Part shown: positions 27,088 through 36,599 of the stretch, piece after piece
How positions within the stretch are numbered: position 1 is the stretch's first letter
Layout of the letters: the number at the start of each line of letters is the position of its first letter
DNA from: Alistipes sp.
Lineage (GTDB): Bacteria > Bacteroidota > Bacteroidia > Bacteroidales > Rikenellaceae
Assembly (NCBI GenBank): GCA_045654925.1
Contig: JAZOOI010000024.1
Coordinates: 1,552 to 65,551 of the forward strand
Reading direction: 5' to 3'
DNA length: 64,000 nt
Notes under the pieces: generated by a model
What the model saw: the letters and a program-made list of their open reading frames with translations, nothing else
Told to the model about the DNA's origin: nothing
The model's database searches: none
Position numbers and translations under genes: made by a program

Positions 27088-28845
27088 TTAGTTGAGGTAT
27101 ATATCCGCTCTGCCACTGAGACGGCCGTCAACATAGATATCAACGGTGTAGATACCACTAGTAAAGTTCTCGCCATTGTAGAAGATAGATACGGGAATCG
27201 TATCGTTCTCGTAGGTAACCTTACGCATTTCCGATGCCCTCATGTCCGAGCCCTCGAAGTTGAATAATATCATCTCCGGTGAGGATAATAGGTAACCATC
27301 TGGGTTGGTGATGCGGACGTATATGTTCTTTTCGCCTGGCTCGGCCAATGCATTTGCCGTAAGCTCGAAGTCGACGCGTAGCTGCGTGGCTATCTTAATT
27401 GTCTTAACCTCCTTGCCATTTGCGTTGAAAGCCAATAACCTGATGTCCCTTACCGGGATTACAGAGCCTTGATTGATGTGTTTCTCTTCAGCTTTAGGAG
27501 TCTTTACAGTCTCCTGAGTGTTTAGTGTCTCTTCGGTTGGGTGAGACTCTATATTTGGCTTAAATAATGCAGGCTTGGGCTTATCCTCTATCGATTGTTG
27601 CTTATCTTCGTTAATATTGGGTTGTACTACACCAATGTTTTTGTCGACACCAATAGTGTCATAAAATGTTACTTGTTCTAAAGTTGCTTGAGTACTCTCC
27701 TCGGAGCTCATCTGAGTGGGTTGGTCGTTATTGATAAATATTAGAATACCAATAATGCAGATTATTGCTGCCAATAATATCCATAGCACCCAATTTTTTT
27801 TACTTTCTTTCTCTTGTTTTGGTTGGCTATTGTAGATCTTAGACCTTGGGGCGATCTTTGGCACTTCAACCTTTGGCTGTGGAGTGCTAATCACAGTCTG
27901 CTCTTCGGCAATAGCTGCCTGCACCTCAATCTTAGTCTCCTCGCTTACTGAAGCTGGCGTTGGAGAAACTGCAACCTTAGGTGAGTTATTGTCCAAGAGT
28001 GCCAAGAACTCCTTGATTGAGTGAGGCCTACGCTTGCGCTGAAATGTCATAGAGCGCTCTATGGTGTTGCGAACACTTGATGATAGGTGAGAGGGTAGTG
28101 TGGGTAGCCCCTCATCAGCTATACTTATAGCCTGAGGAGGCACGCTGCCAGTAACAAGGTAGTACAATGTAGCGCCAAGAGAGTAGATATCGGTCTCGGG
28201 CGAGAACTCCTTGACACCACCCTGCTGATACTGCTCCATAGGGGCGTAGCCAGCGCTAATGCCCACAGGCGTAGAGCTTGTCTGGTTGCCATCGGCGTCG
28301 TACTGCTTAGACAAGCCAAAGTCAATCAACACAGCGCGACCATCTACCTTGCGGAGCATCACGTTTGCAGGCTTAATATCGAGGTGCATAATCTTGCGCT
28401 CGTGGATATATCCCAAGGCTTCTGCAATGGCACGAATATACTTAATCGCCTCATTCTCAGTGAGTGCGCCTCGCTGCTTAACAAGGTAACTCAATGACTC
28501 ACCCTCGATATACTCCATGACGTAGTAGGCGGTGTTGTTCTCCTCGAAAACATCGTGGATATGTATAATATTAGGATGGTCGAGGCGAGCTATGGTCTTT
28601 GCCTCCTTCATAAACTTGGCCTTAAAGGCATCCATGATTTCGGCGCTGCTCTTCGAGGCGAGCGATATTCTGCAGGAGTTGTCGTCGCGGTTGTAGTACT
28701 CCTTAGGGAAGAACTCCTTGATGCAGACATTGCGTCCTGCTAGCTCCTGTTCGGCGAGATAGGTGATGCCGAAACCTCCATTTCCGAGAGTCTCTATGAT
28801 GCGATACTTATCACCTTGTAGATAGGTTCCAGGTTGTAGTTGCAT
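27088..28845 (-). CDS. Membrane-anchored Hanks-type Ser/Thr protein kinase
   Basis: LGNGGFGITY, CIKE, HLDIKPANV, IDFG, GYAPMEQ, DIYSLG; TM WVLWILLAAIICIIGILIFI; beta-rich C-terminal domain. Confidence 0.93.
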   Translation of the reverse strand: MQLQPGTYLQGDKYRIIETLGNGGFGITYLAEQELAGRNVCIKEFFPKEYYNRDDNSCRISLASKSSAEIMDAFKAKFMKEAKTIARLDHPNIIHIHDVFEENNTAYYVMEYIEGESLSYLVKQRGALTENEAIKYIRAIAEALGYIHERKIMHLDIKPANVMLRKVDGRAVLIDFGLSKQYDADGNQTSSTPVGISAGYAPMEQYQQGGVKEFSPETDIYSLGATLYYLVTGSVPPQAISIADEGLPTLPSHLSSSVRNTIERSMTFQRKRRPHSIKEFLALLDNNSPKVAVSPTPASVSEETKIEVQAAIAEEQTVISTPQPKVEVPKIAPRSKIYNSQPKQEKESKKNWVLWILLAAIICIIGILIFINNDQPTQMSSEESTQATLEQVTFYDTIGVDKNIGVVQPNINEDKQQSIEDKPKPALFKPNIESHPTEETLNTQETVKTPKAEEKHINQGSVIPVRDIRLLAFNANGKEVKTIKIATQLRVDFELTANALAEPGEKNIYVRITNPDGYLLSSPEMILFNFEGSDMRASEMRKVTYENDTIPVSIFYNGENFTSGIYTVDIYVDGRLSGRADIYLN

Positions 28846-29373
28846 GGTTTCTTGGTTGAGTATTGTTTACAAAACAAATATACACAAAATTATGAGTCGA
28901 GCCAAATTTTTTTCGAGATATTAGGTGCGGTGCTCTCAATATAAATATATAAATGGTTGATATACTATACAAAATACACGGCCCTATATTGGATTGTATC
29001 TATTTGAAATACTGTGTGTTATGTCTGAATATATTAATAGTAGTTTTACTTAAGTGTTAAAAAAAACTGAAAAATTGTTTGATTAAGAAAAAAAATACTA
29101 ATTTTGTATTCCAGTTTTGCCAATTTCTATTGGCGGATATCGATTTGTCAGGCATTTTTGAGGCCTCTAAACGTATGGTCAAAGTGTATAAGCGAGTTCT
29201 CGTTTATTTTGTGCAGTTGTTATGTGTGAATTAGGACCTAATTAGGACCAATAATAATTTGTTGTGAAGTAACGTATATGATAACTTTGCGTTGCTCAAA
29301 TGGCAAAATAAGAGTAATTCAAGATATTGAATAGATACTTTTTAATTATTAACTAACTTAAAAAACAAAAACA

Positions 29374-29766
29374 ATGAAAAAACTATTTCTACTTTTGGCA
29401 GTTGCTGGCTTGTTCGTAGCATGTGGTAGCGAGGATAAGAAGGACGAGAAGAAGGCTGCTGAGGATGCAGCTAAGGAGTTGGCAGCAGAGTTGGGTGAGT
29501 TCGCAGAGGATATTGAGGATGAGTTCGAGGGCGACTATGACGAGTTCGAGGGTGACTTCGACGAGTTCGAGGGCAACTATGACGAGTTCGAGGGCGACTA
29601 TGACGAGTTCGACTACGATTCAGATTACGAGGATTATGAGGACCTTAAGGATGCTGCTGAGTTAGCAATGGATGCTGCTGAGGTGGCATACGATGCATAT
29701 GAGCTTGCTGAGGACCTTGAGGATATGGATTATGATGATGTTGATCTTAGCGACTTCGGTTTCTAA
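29374..29766 (+). CDS. Highly acidic lipoprotein with 7-aa tandem repeats
   Basis: Lipobox LFVAC followed by GSEDKKDEKK; (EFEGDYD)x4; own terminator at ~29790-29828. Confidence 0.85.
   Translation: MKKLFLLLAVAGLFVACGSEDKKDEKKAAEDAAKELAAELGEFAEDIEDEFEGDYDEFEGDFDEFEGNYDEFEGDYDEFDYDSDYEDYEDLKDAAELAMDAAEVAYDAYELAEDLEDMDYDDVDLSDFGF
29521..29613 (+). repeat. 21-bp coding tandem repeat, 4 full copies plus a partial
   Basis: GAGTTCGAGGGCGACTATGAC-like units at 29521, 29542, 29563, 29584. Confidence 0.9.
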
Positions 29767-29879
29767 TCCACGATATAATCAATATTTAAGTATAGGGTTG
29801 TCCTAATGGGCAATCCTATATTTTTTTACTTATCGGAAAAATTGCTAACTTTGCAATGTAAAACGAAGACCTTTAAGTA

Positions 29880-30503
29880 GTGAAACCCATATTACGCATA
29901 GCCATAGTTGCCATCATGGCACTTGCCACTGCCACCACTGCGACATCACAGACCTACGTGAAGCTCAATGGCGCCTATGCTCTTGCGGGCGTGGTAAACC
30001 CTCAGGTAGAGTTCTCGCTATCCGACCACTCGACATATCAGGCGGAGGTGGTATACTCACCATGGCGCTCCATAAACAACCATCCAATGCAATTTGGTAT
30101 TCTTCAGAACGAGTATCGCTACTACTTCAAGGAGCATAACCAAGGTCTCTATTTAGGTGCTAATGTGGCCTTTAAGATATTTAATATGTCGAAGCCTGAA
30201 CTGCACAATTGGCATCTTACACTGCAGGATAGATACTGCAAGGGCTCGGGTGTTATGGCTGGTGTCGTTGTGGGTTATGAGTATCGCTTTGCTCGAAGGT
30301 GGCTGTTGGATGTCTTCGTTGGTTTTGGCTATTCGCATTGCTGGTATAACGGCTACTCGATGAACCACGAGATTGATTTGTACCCCTCACGTCCCGGGGA
30401 TAGAGTGCCCTCATCGCCCGATCCATATAACATATCGGCGCAGTGGATACCCACAAAGGTGGGCCTATCCATCGGTTTTATGATAAATCCCCCTAAAGAG
30501 TAA
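29880..30503 (+). CDS. DUF3575-like outer membrane beta-barrel protein
   Basis: Signal peptide; YSPW, EYRYYF, GLYLG, GYEY..RWLLD, PTKVGLSI. Confidence 0.75.
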   Translation: MKPILRIAIVAIMALATATTATSQTYVKLNGAYALAGVVNPQVEFSLSDHSTYQAEVVYSPWRSINNHPMQFGILQNEYRYYFKEHNQGLYLGANVAFKIFNMSKPELHNWHLTLQDRYCKGSGVMAGVVVGYEYRFARRWLLDVFVGFGYSHCWYNGYSMNHEIDLYPSRPGDRVPSSPDPYNISAQWIPTKVGLSIGFMINPPKE

Positions 30504-30563
30504 CCTGCTATAATGGCAAGATAATTGACCACTCCGCACAACGAAATGGTTAATTATTTTTTT

Positions 30564-31595
30564 ATGCGTACAACACTCTATCTACTATCTATTATCCTCC
30601 TTGCTGCCTGTGGTCGCAACGGTGGAGTGGATAGGTCTCATTCTACAAATGTCAAGGTGGCAATCGCCGAGGCGTTGAACTTCACCAAGCGCGATTTTGC
30701 TGCCATGTCTACGGCCGATGATGCTGTAAATCTAGCCTTCAAAATATCGGGTAGAATTATTGATGTCCCTGTGGCTAAAGGCGTTTTGGTACGTCGTGGA
30801 GAGCTCCTTGCTGAACTCGATAAGCGCGATGTGCAGCTTCAAGTCGATGCTGCCAAGGCTGCATACGATGAGGCTCAGTCGCGCCTAAAACGTGCTCGGC
30901 GTCTGGCTGAGCATAACGCTATTTCACAGCAGGAGGTGGAGATGCTCATCAGCAGTGTGGAGCAGGCGCGAACGGCATACGAGAATAGTCTTGAATTATT
31001 GAACGATACACGCATCTTAGCCCCCTTCGATGGTGTTGTTGAGCGTGTCTATGTCGATACTTTTCAGCGTGTTGCATCGGGTGAGGTGGTAGTGCGCATC
31101 GTGAGGCCTGTGAGCACGACTGTTGGCTTCACGGCTCCAGAAGATATTGTCGCCTATCTTGCCGACTCAACAACTCGCTTCTCGGTATATTTCGATGCCT
31201 ATCCAGGTGTTATCTTCCCCGCTGTCATCAAGAGCTTTGCACGAACAACATCCGACGCTTTGGGCTACCCTGTGTCGCTACGTCTTGTAGATGTGGACGG
31301 CGAAAAGTATCGCATAACGCCAGGTATGACATGCATGGCGTCGGTGGAGCTTGCTGCTGATGACGATGGCGTGGTGCGTCTACCACTAACATCCGTGTAT
31401 GCACCAGTGGGTGGCGATGACTATGTGTGGGTTGTAGATGATGATAATCGTGTTGTGAAGCGTAAGGTTCGAGTTGAGGGGCTTATCGATGGCAACGATG
31501 TAGCCATTAGAGGCGATGTCGATGTGGGCGATAGGGTGGTTGTCGCAGGGGTATATAAGCTTAGCGATGGCGAACGTGTAACCATTATAAAGTGA
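30564..31595 (+). CDS. RND efflux periplasmic adaptor (lipoprotein)
   Basis: LAAC lipobox, LAFKISGRI, hairpin, APFDGVV, GDRVVVAG. Confidence 0.9.
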   Translation: MRTTLYLLSIILLAACGRNGGVDRSHSTNVKVAIAEALNFTKRDFAAMSTADDAVNLAFKISGRIIDVPVAKGVLVRRGELLAELDKRDVQLQVDAAKAAYDEAQSRLKRARRLAEHNAISQQEVEMLISSVEQARTAYENSLELLNDTRILAPFDGVVERVYVDTFQRVASGEVVVRIVRPVSTTVGFTAPEDIVAYLADSTTRFSVYFDAYPGVIFPAVIKSFARTTSDALGYPVSLRLVDVDGEKYRITPGMTCMASVELAADDDGVVRLPLTSVYAPVGGDDYVWVVDDDNRVVKRKVRVEGLIDGNDVAIRGDVDVGDRVVVAGVYKLSDGERVTIIK

Positions 31596-31599
31596 CGCC

Positions 31600-34500
31600 A
31601 TGATGAACATATCTAAAGTTTCGGTTGCCAATAGAGCTATAGTGTGGTTCTTCCTTGCTCTAATACTCTTCGGTGGCATATATGCCTTCATGGTTCTGGG
31701 TAAGAAGGAGGACTCCACCTTTAAGATTAAGAGCGCGGTTGTTGTCTGCCAATATCCTGGTGCTACTCCTGAGCAGGTGGAGAGTCTTGTCGTCGAGCCC
31801 CTGGAGCGTGAGCTGCGCACATTGACGGCTGTGAGGAAGATAACCTCGGAGGCTCATTTTGGCTATGCCCGCCTTATTGTAGAGCTTGAACCCTCCACTC
31901 CTGCAGGGCGTGTTGAGCAATTATGGGATGAACTGCGACGCAAGGTCGATAATAGCCTTGTTAGGCTTCCCGAGGGTGCGGGCCCAATCGTTGTTGCCGA
32001 TGACTTTGGCGATGTCTACGGTATGTACTACGCTGTGGCTGCTGATGATGGTTACTCGTGGGAGGAGATACGTAGCATGGCACAACAACTGCAGACACGC
32101 CTCTATGGTGTCTCAGGTGTTGAGAAGGTGGTGCTATGGGGTGAGCAACAACCAAAGATTGATATTGTTGTTAGTGCTGCGATGCTCGCCTCGTTCGACA
32201 TACGCCCCGAGGCCATCGAGAGGGCTATATCGTCGCAGAGTGCCATAGCTAATGTTGGTGAGTGGCGCGATGGTGAGGTGTATATCACCATTGTCGAGAG
32301 TGGTAGTTATACCTCTATTGAGGACATTGAGAACCAGTTATTAATGGCTTCAGATGGTAAACAATATCGCTTGGGCGATGTGGCGCGTGTTGAGCGTAGC
32401 TATGTTGAGCCACCACAGATAAAGATGTGGGTAGATGGGCGTCGTGCCATAGGTGTTGCTGTTGCCTCAGCTGCCGATAGAGATATTGTTAAGGTGGGCG
32501 ACGAGGTGGAGAAGGTGATAGCATCGTTTGACACTACGCTCCCTGTGGGTGTTGATGTGGAGACGATATATCCCGAGAATAGCATTGCTCGTGAGGCTAC
32601 TAACGATTTCTTGCTCAACCTTATAGAGTCACTTATTATTGTTATACTGCTCGTTATGCTTGTCATGGGATGGCGCTCGGGCATTGTTGTTGGCTCATCG
32701 TTGGTGCTTGCCATAGCGGCTACGTTTATTGTCATGTATCTTATCGATGAGAGCCTTAACCGCACCTCGTTGGCGGGTTTTATCATCGCCATGGGCATGC
32801 TCGTTGATAATGCCATTGTGGTGTCGGACAATATGACCATACTCTCGCGGCGTGGCATGCGTATGAGGCAGGCGGCCTGTGAGGGGGCTACAGCACCTCG
32901 CATAGCTCTTCTTACGGCTACACTCATTGCGATAATATCCTTCCTGCCTCTGCAACTTGCCCCATCGTCGGTGGCAGAGATTATACGTCCGCTATTCTTT
33001 GTTATCATGGTGTCGTTGCTTGCAAGCTGGCTCTTATCTATCACCCAGGTGCCAGCCATGGGGGTGGTCGTCATGCGACGCAAGGGCGCGAAAGATGATA
33101 GTGAACGGTCTGCATGGTTTGGACGTGTGGTGAATTTTTTAATTGGCTATAAGTGGCTAACTATTAGTGTTGTAGTCGTTGTGTTCGTGCTCTCATTATG
33201 GGCTATGTCGCGCCTGCCGCAGAACTTTTTCCCGCAACTTGAGAAGCCCTATTTCCGTGCCGATGTGCATCTTCCCGATGGCTACGATATGGCAGTCACC
33301 GAGGAGCGACTGCATGCTATGGGTGAGTGGCTGGAGGAGCAACCCGAGGTTAAGTGCGTCTCGATGATGGCAGGAGGTACACCACCTCGCTACTACCTCG
33401 CCTCGGGAAGCTATGCCATGCGCCCCAACTATGGCAATATCCTTGTTGAGCTGCATAGCGCCGAGGCGGCACCCCTCGTCGAAGAGCGCTTTGATAGGTG
33501 GGTTGAGGATAACTTTGCTGATGTGTGGCTTCGCTCGTCTCTATTTAAACTCTCTCCCGTGCCCGATGCTACCATAGAGTTCGGTTTCATAGGGGAGAGT
33601 GTCGATACCTTGGCGCGTCTTACAGCTGATGCTATGGCTATAATGCGTCGTAGTGACCATGTGCGCAACGTGCGTAATAGCTGGGGTAATAGGGTAGCTG
33701 TGTGGCATCCGCTATACTCACAAATCAAGGGACAACGCATAGGTGTTAGTCGTGGTTCGATGTTACAGTCGTTGGAGATTGCTACCGATGGCATGCCTGT
33801 AGGCGTATACCGCGAAGATGATATTTCGCTCCCCATTATGTTGCATTCAACCTCTTTGGTGGATAGCTCGCTTAATGCTCTGATAACCATGCCGGTATTC
33901 TCTGCGCGAGGTGGCGCTTATAACCTCTCTCAGGCAACCTCTTCGTTTGCCTTGACGTTCGATGAGATGGTCATCAAACGCCTCAATTCGGAGCGTGTGA
34001 TGATGGCGCAGTGCGACCCTGTTCGCGGTGTGAATACTATCAATCTTATGGAGCAGCTGCGTGGCGATATAGAGCGCGATGTCTCAATCCCTGAGGGGTA
34101 TAGATTAAAACTCTTTGGCGAGGAGGAGAGTCGCGATGAGTCGAATGCCGCACTTGTGGAGAATATTCCCATAACGCTCCTCGTAATCTTCATACTGCTA
34201 TTGTTGCTCTTCAAAAGTTATCGTGGTGCTATTGCCGTCATGCTCACCATACCACTGATATTCATTGGCGTGGTGCTTGGCCTTGCTATCTTTGGCAAGA
34301 TGTTCGACTTCTTCTCGTTGCTCGGTCTCTTGGGTCTTGTGGGTATGAATGTCAAGAGTGGCGTGATACTCCTAACACGCATTGAGGAGCTTCGAGCCAC
34401 AGGCTTGGTGGCGCGTGAGGCGGTGTGGCGTGCTGCGGCCGATAGATTTACACCTGTCGTGGTCGCCTCTATGACTACGGTGCTCGGCATGGTTCCTCTT

Positions 34501-34620
34501 ATCTCCGACTCGATGTTCGGAGGTATGGCTGCAACCATCATGGGAGGCCTTGTCGTGGCCACATTGTTAGTGCTTATGGTGCTACCAGTAATATATTCAC
34601 TCATATATCGTATAAGATGA
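31600..34620 (+). CDS. RND efflux permease (AcrB/VexF-like)
   Basis: YPGATPEQVE, GMLVDNAIVV, FFPQLEKP, RFTPVVVASMTTVLGMVPL; ~1000 aa. Confidence 0.93.
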   Translation: MMNISKVSVANRAIVWFFLALILFGGIYAFMVLGKKEDSTFKIKSAVVVCQYPGATPEQVESLVVEPLERELRTLTAVRKITSEAHFGYARLIVELEPSTPAGRVEQLWDELRRKVDNSLVRLPEGAGPIVVADDFGDVYGMYYAVAADDGYSWEEIRSMAQQLQTRLYGVSGVEKVVLWGEQQPKIDIVVSAAMLASFDIRPEAIERAISSQSAIANVGEWRDGEVYITIVESGSYTSIEDIENQLLMASDGKQYRLGDVARVERSYVEPPQIKMWVDGRRAIGVAVASAADRDIVKVGDEVEKVIASFDTTLPVGVDVETIYPENSIAREATNDFLLNLIESLIIVILLVMLVMGWRSGIVVGSSLVLAIAATFIVMYLIDESLNRTSLAGFIIAMGMLVDNAIVVSDNMTILSRRGMRMRQAACEGATAPRIALLTATLIAIISFLPLQLAPSSVAEIIRPLFFVIMVSLLASWLLSITQVPAMGVVVMRRKGAKDDSERSAWFGRVVNFLIGYKWLTISVVVVVFVLSLWAMSRLPQNFFPQLEKPYFRADVHLPDGYDMAVTEERLHAMGEWLEEQPEVKCVSMMAGGTPPRYYLASGSYAMRPNYGNILVELHSAEAAPLVEERFDRWVEDNFADVWLRSSLFKLSPVPDATIEFGFIGESVDTLARLTADAMAIMRRSDHVRNVRNSWGNRVAVWHPLYSQIKGQRIGVSRGSMLQSLEIATDGMPVGVYREDDISLPIMLHSTSLVDSSLNALITMPVFSARGGAYNLSQATSSFALTFDEMVIKRLNSERVMMAQCDPVRGVNTINLMEQLRGDIERDVSIPEGYRLKLFGEEESRDESNAALVENIPITLLVIFILLLLLFKSYRGAIAVMLTIPLIFIGVVLGLAIFGKMFDFFSLLGLLGLVGMNVKSGVILLTRIEELRATGLVAREAVWRAAADRFTPVVVASMTTVLGMVPLISDSMFGGMAATIMGGLVVATLLVLMVLPVIYSLIYRIR

Positions 34621-35864
34621 TGAAAAATAGATATATAGCTACGCTTATATTCCTCTTTACTACAAGTGTGTTGAGTGCGCAAACAACCCTTAAATCATAC
34701 CGTTCAGAGGTTGTCTCCTATAGCTACGAGCTGCATATTTCGTCTCTCGAGATTGAGCGTTCTAAGGCCGATATGTTGCGAGCCAAGAAGGGGTATCTTC
34801 CCACAGTGACGCTAAGCAGCGAGAGGTCATTGGCTCTGCGCCGAAAGAGTGAGGGAAAATTGGTGTCGGACTATATGCAGTTGGGCGTAGGTCAGACCAT
34901 ATATCGTGGTAGTGCGGCGCATAGTGCAGCTAAGCGGGCAGCCATCCTCCATGAGCGTAGTGTGGTGGATGATGAGCTGATGTTTATGGATGTGTGCTAT
35001 GCAGCCGATGCAGCCTATTGGCAGTTGTCGCGTGCTGAGGCGTTAAGGGGTATTATAGAGGAGTATGTCGCGGCTGTTGACTCGTTGCGTGGTGTTGTTA
35101 AGCGCCGCTTCGATGAGGGGTATAGCGCCAAGGGCGACCTTCTTCAGGTGGAGTCGCGCATGAGTGATGCACGCTATCGTCTTTCGCAGGTCGAGCAGAG
35201 CTATCTCATTGCTCTTCACGACTATAACACGCTGCGGGGCGTGGATCTTGATAGGGATGTTGTGCTGGCTGATAACATCTTTGATGCTATGCCGATGCCT
35301 CAGCGCGTCGACGCAACGACGTTGGAGCGGCAGCACCCTCTGCGCCGACGTTCATCACTCCAGAGTGAGTATGCACGGTGGGGTATCACCGCTGCCCGTG
35401 CCCCTTTCCTTCCGGCTATAAAGCTCGATGTCTATGGCACTATGACACCCAGGTACTCCTCGCCTAATGGTGAGATACTTAATGGTGCTGTTGTGCTTTC
35501 TATCTCGACGCCCATCTTCCACTTCGGTGAGCGGCATGTGGCAGTGCACTCTGCGAAGATAGCCTACATTGAGGAGCAGCTGCGTGGTGAGGAGACGGCA
35601 GATGATATAGTGCGCGATGAGGCCGATGCGTGGACCAACCTTGTGAATAGCTATCGTAGGGTAGAGGCGGCGCGTAGTAGCCTCGATATAGCTCGCGAGA
35701 ACCTCGATATGAGCATCTTTAGCTATGGCGAGGGCATGACCACGATACTCGATGTCTTACAGGCGCAGATTAGCTGGCTGCAGATATATGAGAATGTCGT
35801 CGCCGCCTACTATGACTACGCCATGGCCATCGCCAGCTACGACTATGTCACGGCTAAAGATTAG
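34617..35864 (+). CDS. TolC family outer membrane efflux protein
   Basis: Signal peptide, GYLPTV, RFDEG..DLLQ, YGEGMTTILDVLQAQ; operon context. Confidence 0.88.
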   Translation: MMKNRYIATLIFLFTTSVLSAQTTLKSYRSEVVSYSYELHISSLEIERSKADMLRAKKGYLPTVTLSSERSLALRRKSEGKLVSDYMQLGVGQTIYRGSAAHSAAKRAAILHERSVVDDELMFMDVCYAADAAYWQLSRAEALRGIIEEYVAAVDSLRGVVKRRFDEGYSAKGDLLQVESRMSDARYRLSQVEQSYLIALHDYNTLRGVDLDRDVVLADNIFDAMPMPQRVDATTLERQHPLRRRSSLQSEYARWGITAARAPFLPAIKLDVYGTMTPRYSSPNGEILNGAVVLSISTPIFHFGERHVAVHSAKIAYIEEQLRGEETADDIVRDEADAWTNLVNSYRRVEAARSSLDIARENLDMSIFSYGEGMTTILDVLQAQISWLQIYENVVAAYYDYAMAIASYDYVTAKD

Positions 35865-35873
35865 GTTGGAAGG

Positions 35874-36008
35874 TTAAGGGATTTAGGGAGATTAGGGAAT
35901 TTAGAGAAATTAGGGAGAGAAGAGACGGTGGAGAGAGAACTATGATACTCGTGTTTTGCTGTTGTCTCAGCCCTCCCTAAACTCCTTAACTTCCCTAACC
36001 TCCTTAAA
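35874..36008. repeat. 9-bp-periodic hairpin copy
   Basis: ttaagggat-ttagggaga-ttagggaat-ttagagaaa-ttagggaga ... ccctaaact-ccttaactt-ccctaacct-ccttaa. Confidence 0.85.
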
Positions 36009-36088
36009 CCTCTCTCCAACTCAAAAAAAATAACTCCCCGCAGGCGGTTAGGCTTGCGGGGATATGTTGTGAGGTAAAGGTGCGTTGT

Positions 36089-36490
36089 TTAACTATTGCC
36101 GACGGTGACAATGGAGGTGTCGTGCGAGAGTGGGGCTATGCGGCGGAGCATCTGTATCATGCCGCAATATTTGTCGTGTGCAAGGTTGATGGCACGGCTG
36201 ATGACTATCTGATCTTTGGTGGTGGTGCACTCGGCGTGATAGGTGATGTTGAAGTGGGAGTACATGCTCTCGGCAACTACCGTGGGCGTGGTGAGCGTTC
36301 CCTCGATGGATACCTCGAGGGCGACAAGGCTCGACGAGTGCTCTTTGAGCATCGATAGTATGGTCTGGCCCGCGCAGTCGGCAGTGGCGTAGAGGAGTAG
36401 CTCCTTGGGGTTGAGACTCTCGATCTTGCGATTTTTTGTCATGGCGAAGTGGTGATCACCATCCATCTGAAGTGTGATTTTCTGTGTCAT
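36089..36490 (-). CDS. OsmC family protein
   Basis: NPKELLLYATADCAG and AHDKYCG (two conserved Cys). Confidence 0.8.
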   Translation of the reverse strand: MTQKITLQMDGDHHFAMTKNRKIESLNPKELLLYATADCAGQTILSMLKEHSSSLVALEVSIEGTLTTPTVVAESMYSHFNITYHAECTTTKDQIVISRAINLAHDKYCGMIQMLRRIAPLSHDTSIVTVGNS

Positions 36491-36599
36491 AGTGATAAAT
36501 TAGATGTGTTATATGCTCCATAGTGTCAATAATCGTTCCTTAGAGTAGTGCGGTTACAGAAAAAAATATTATCTTTGCGCATTATATATAGATATAACT

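Noticed and set aside
35874-35920. Telomeric TTAGGG repeats / eukaryotic contamination
   Set aside because: The period is 9 bp, not 6, and the units form hairpins embedded in continuous bacterial gene order.
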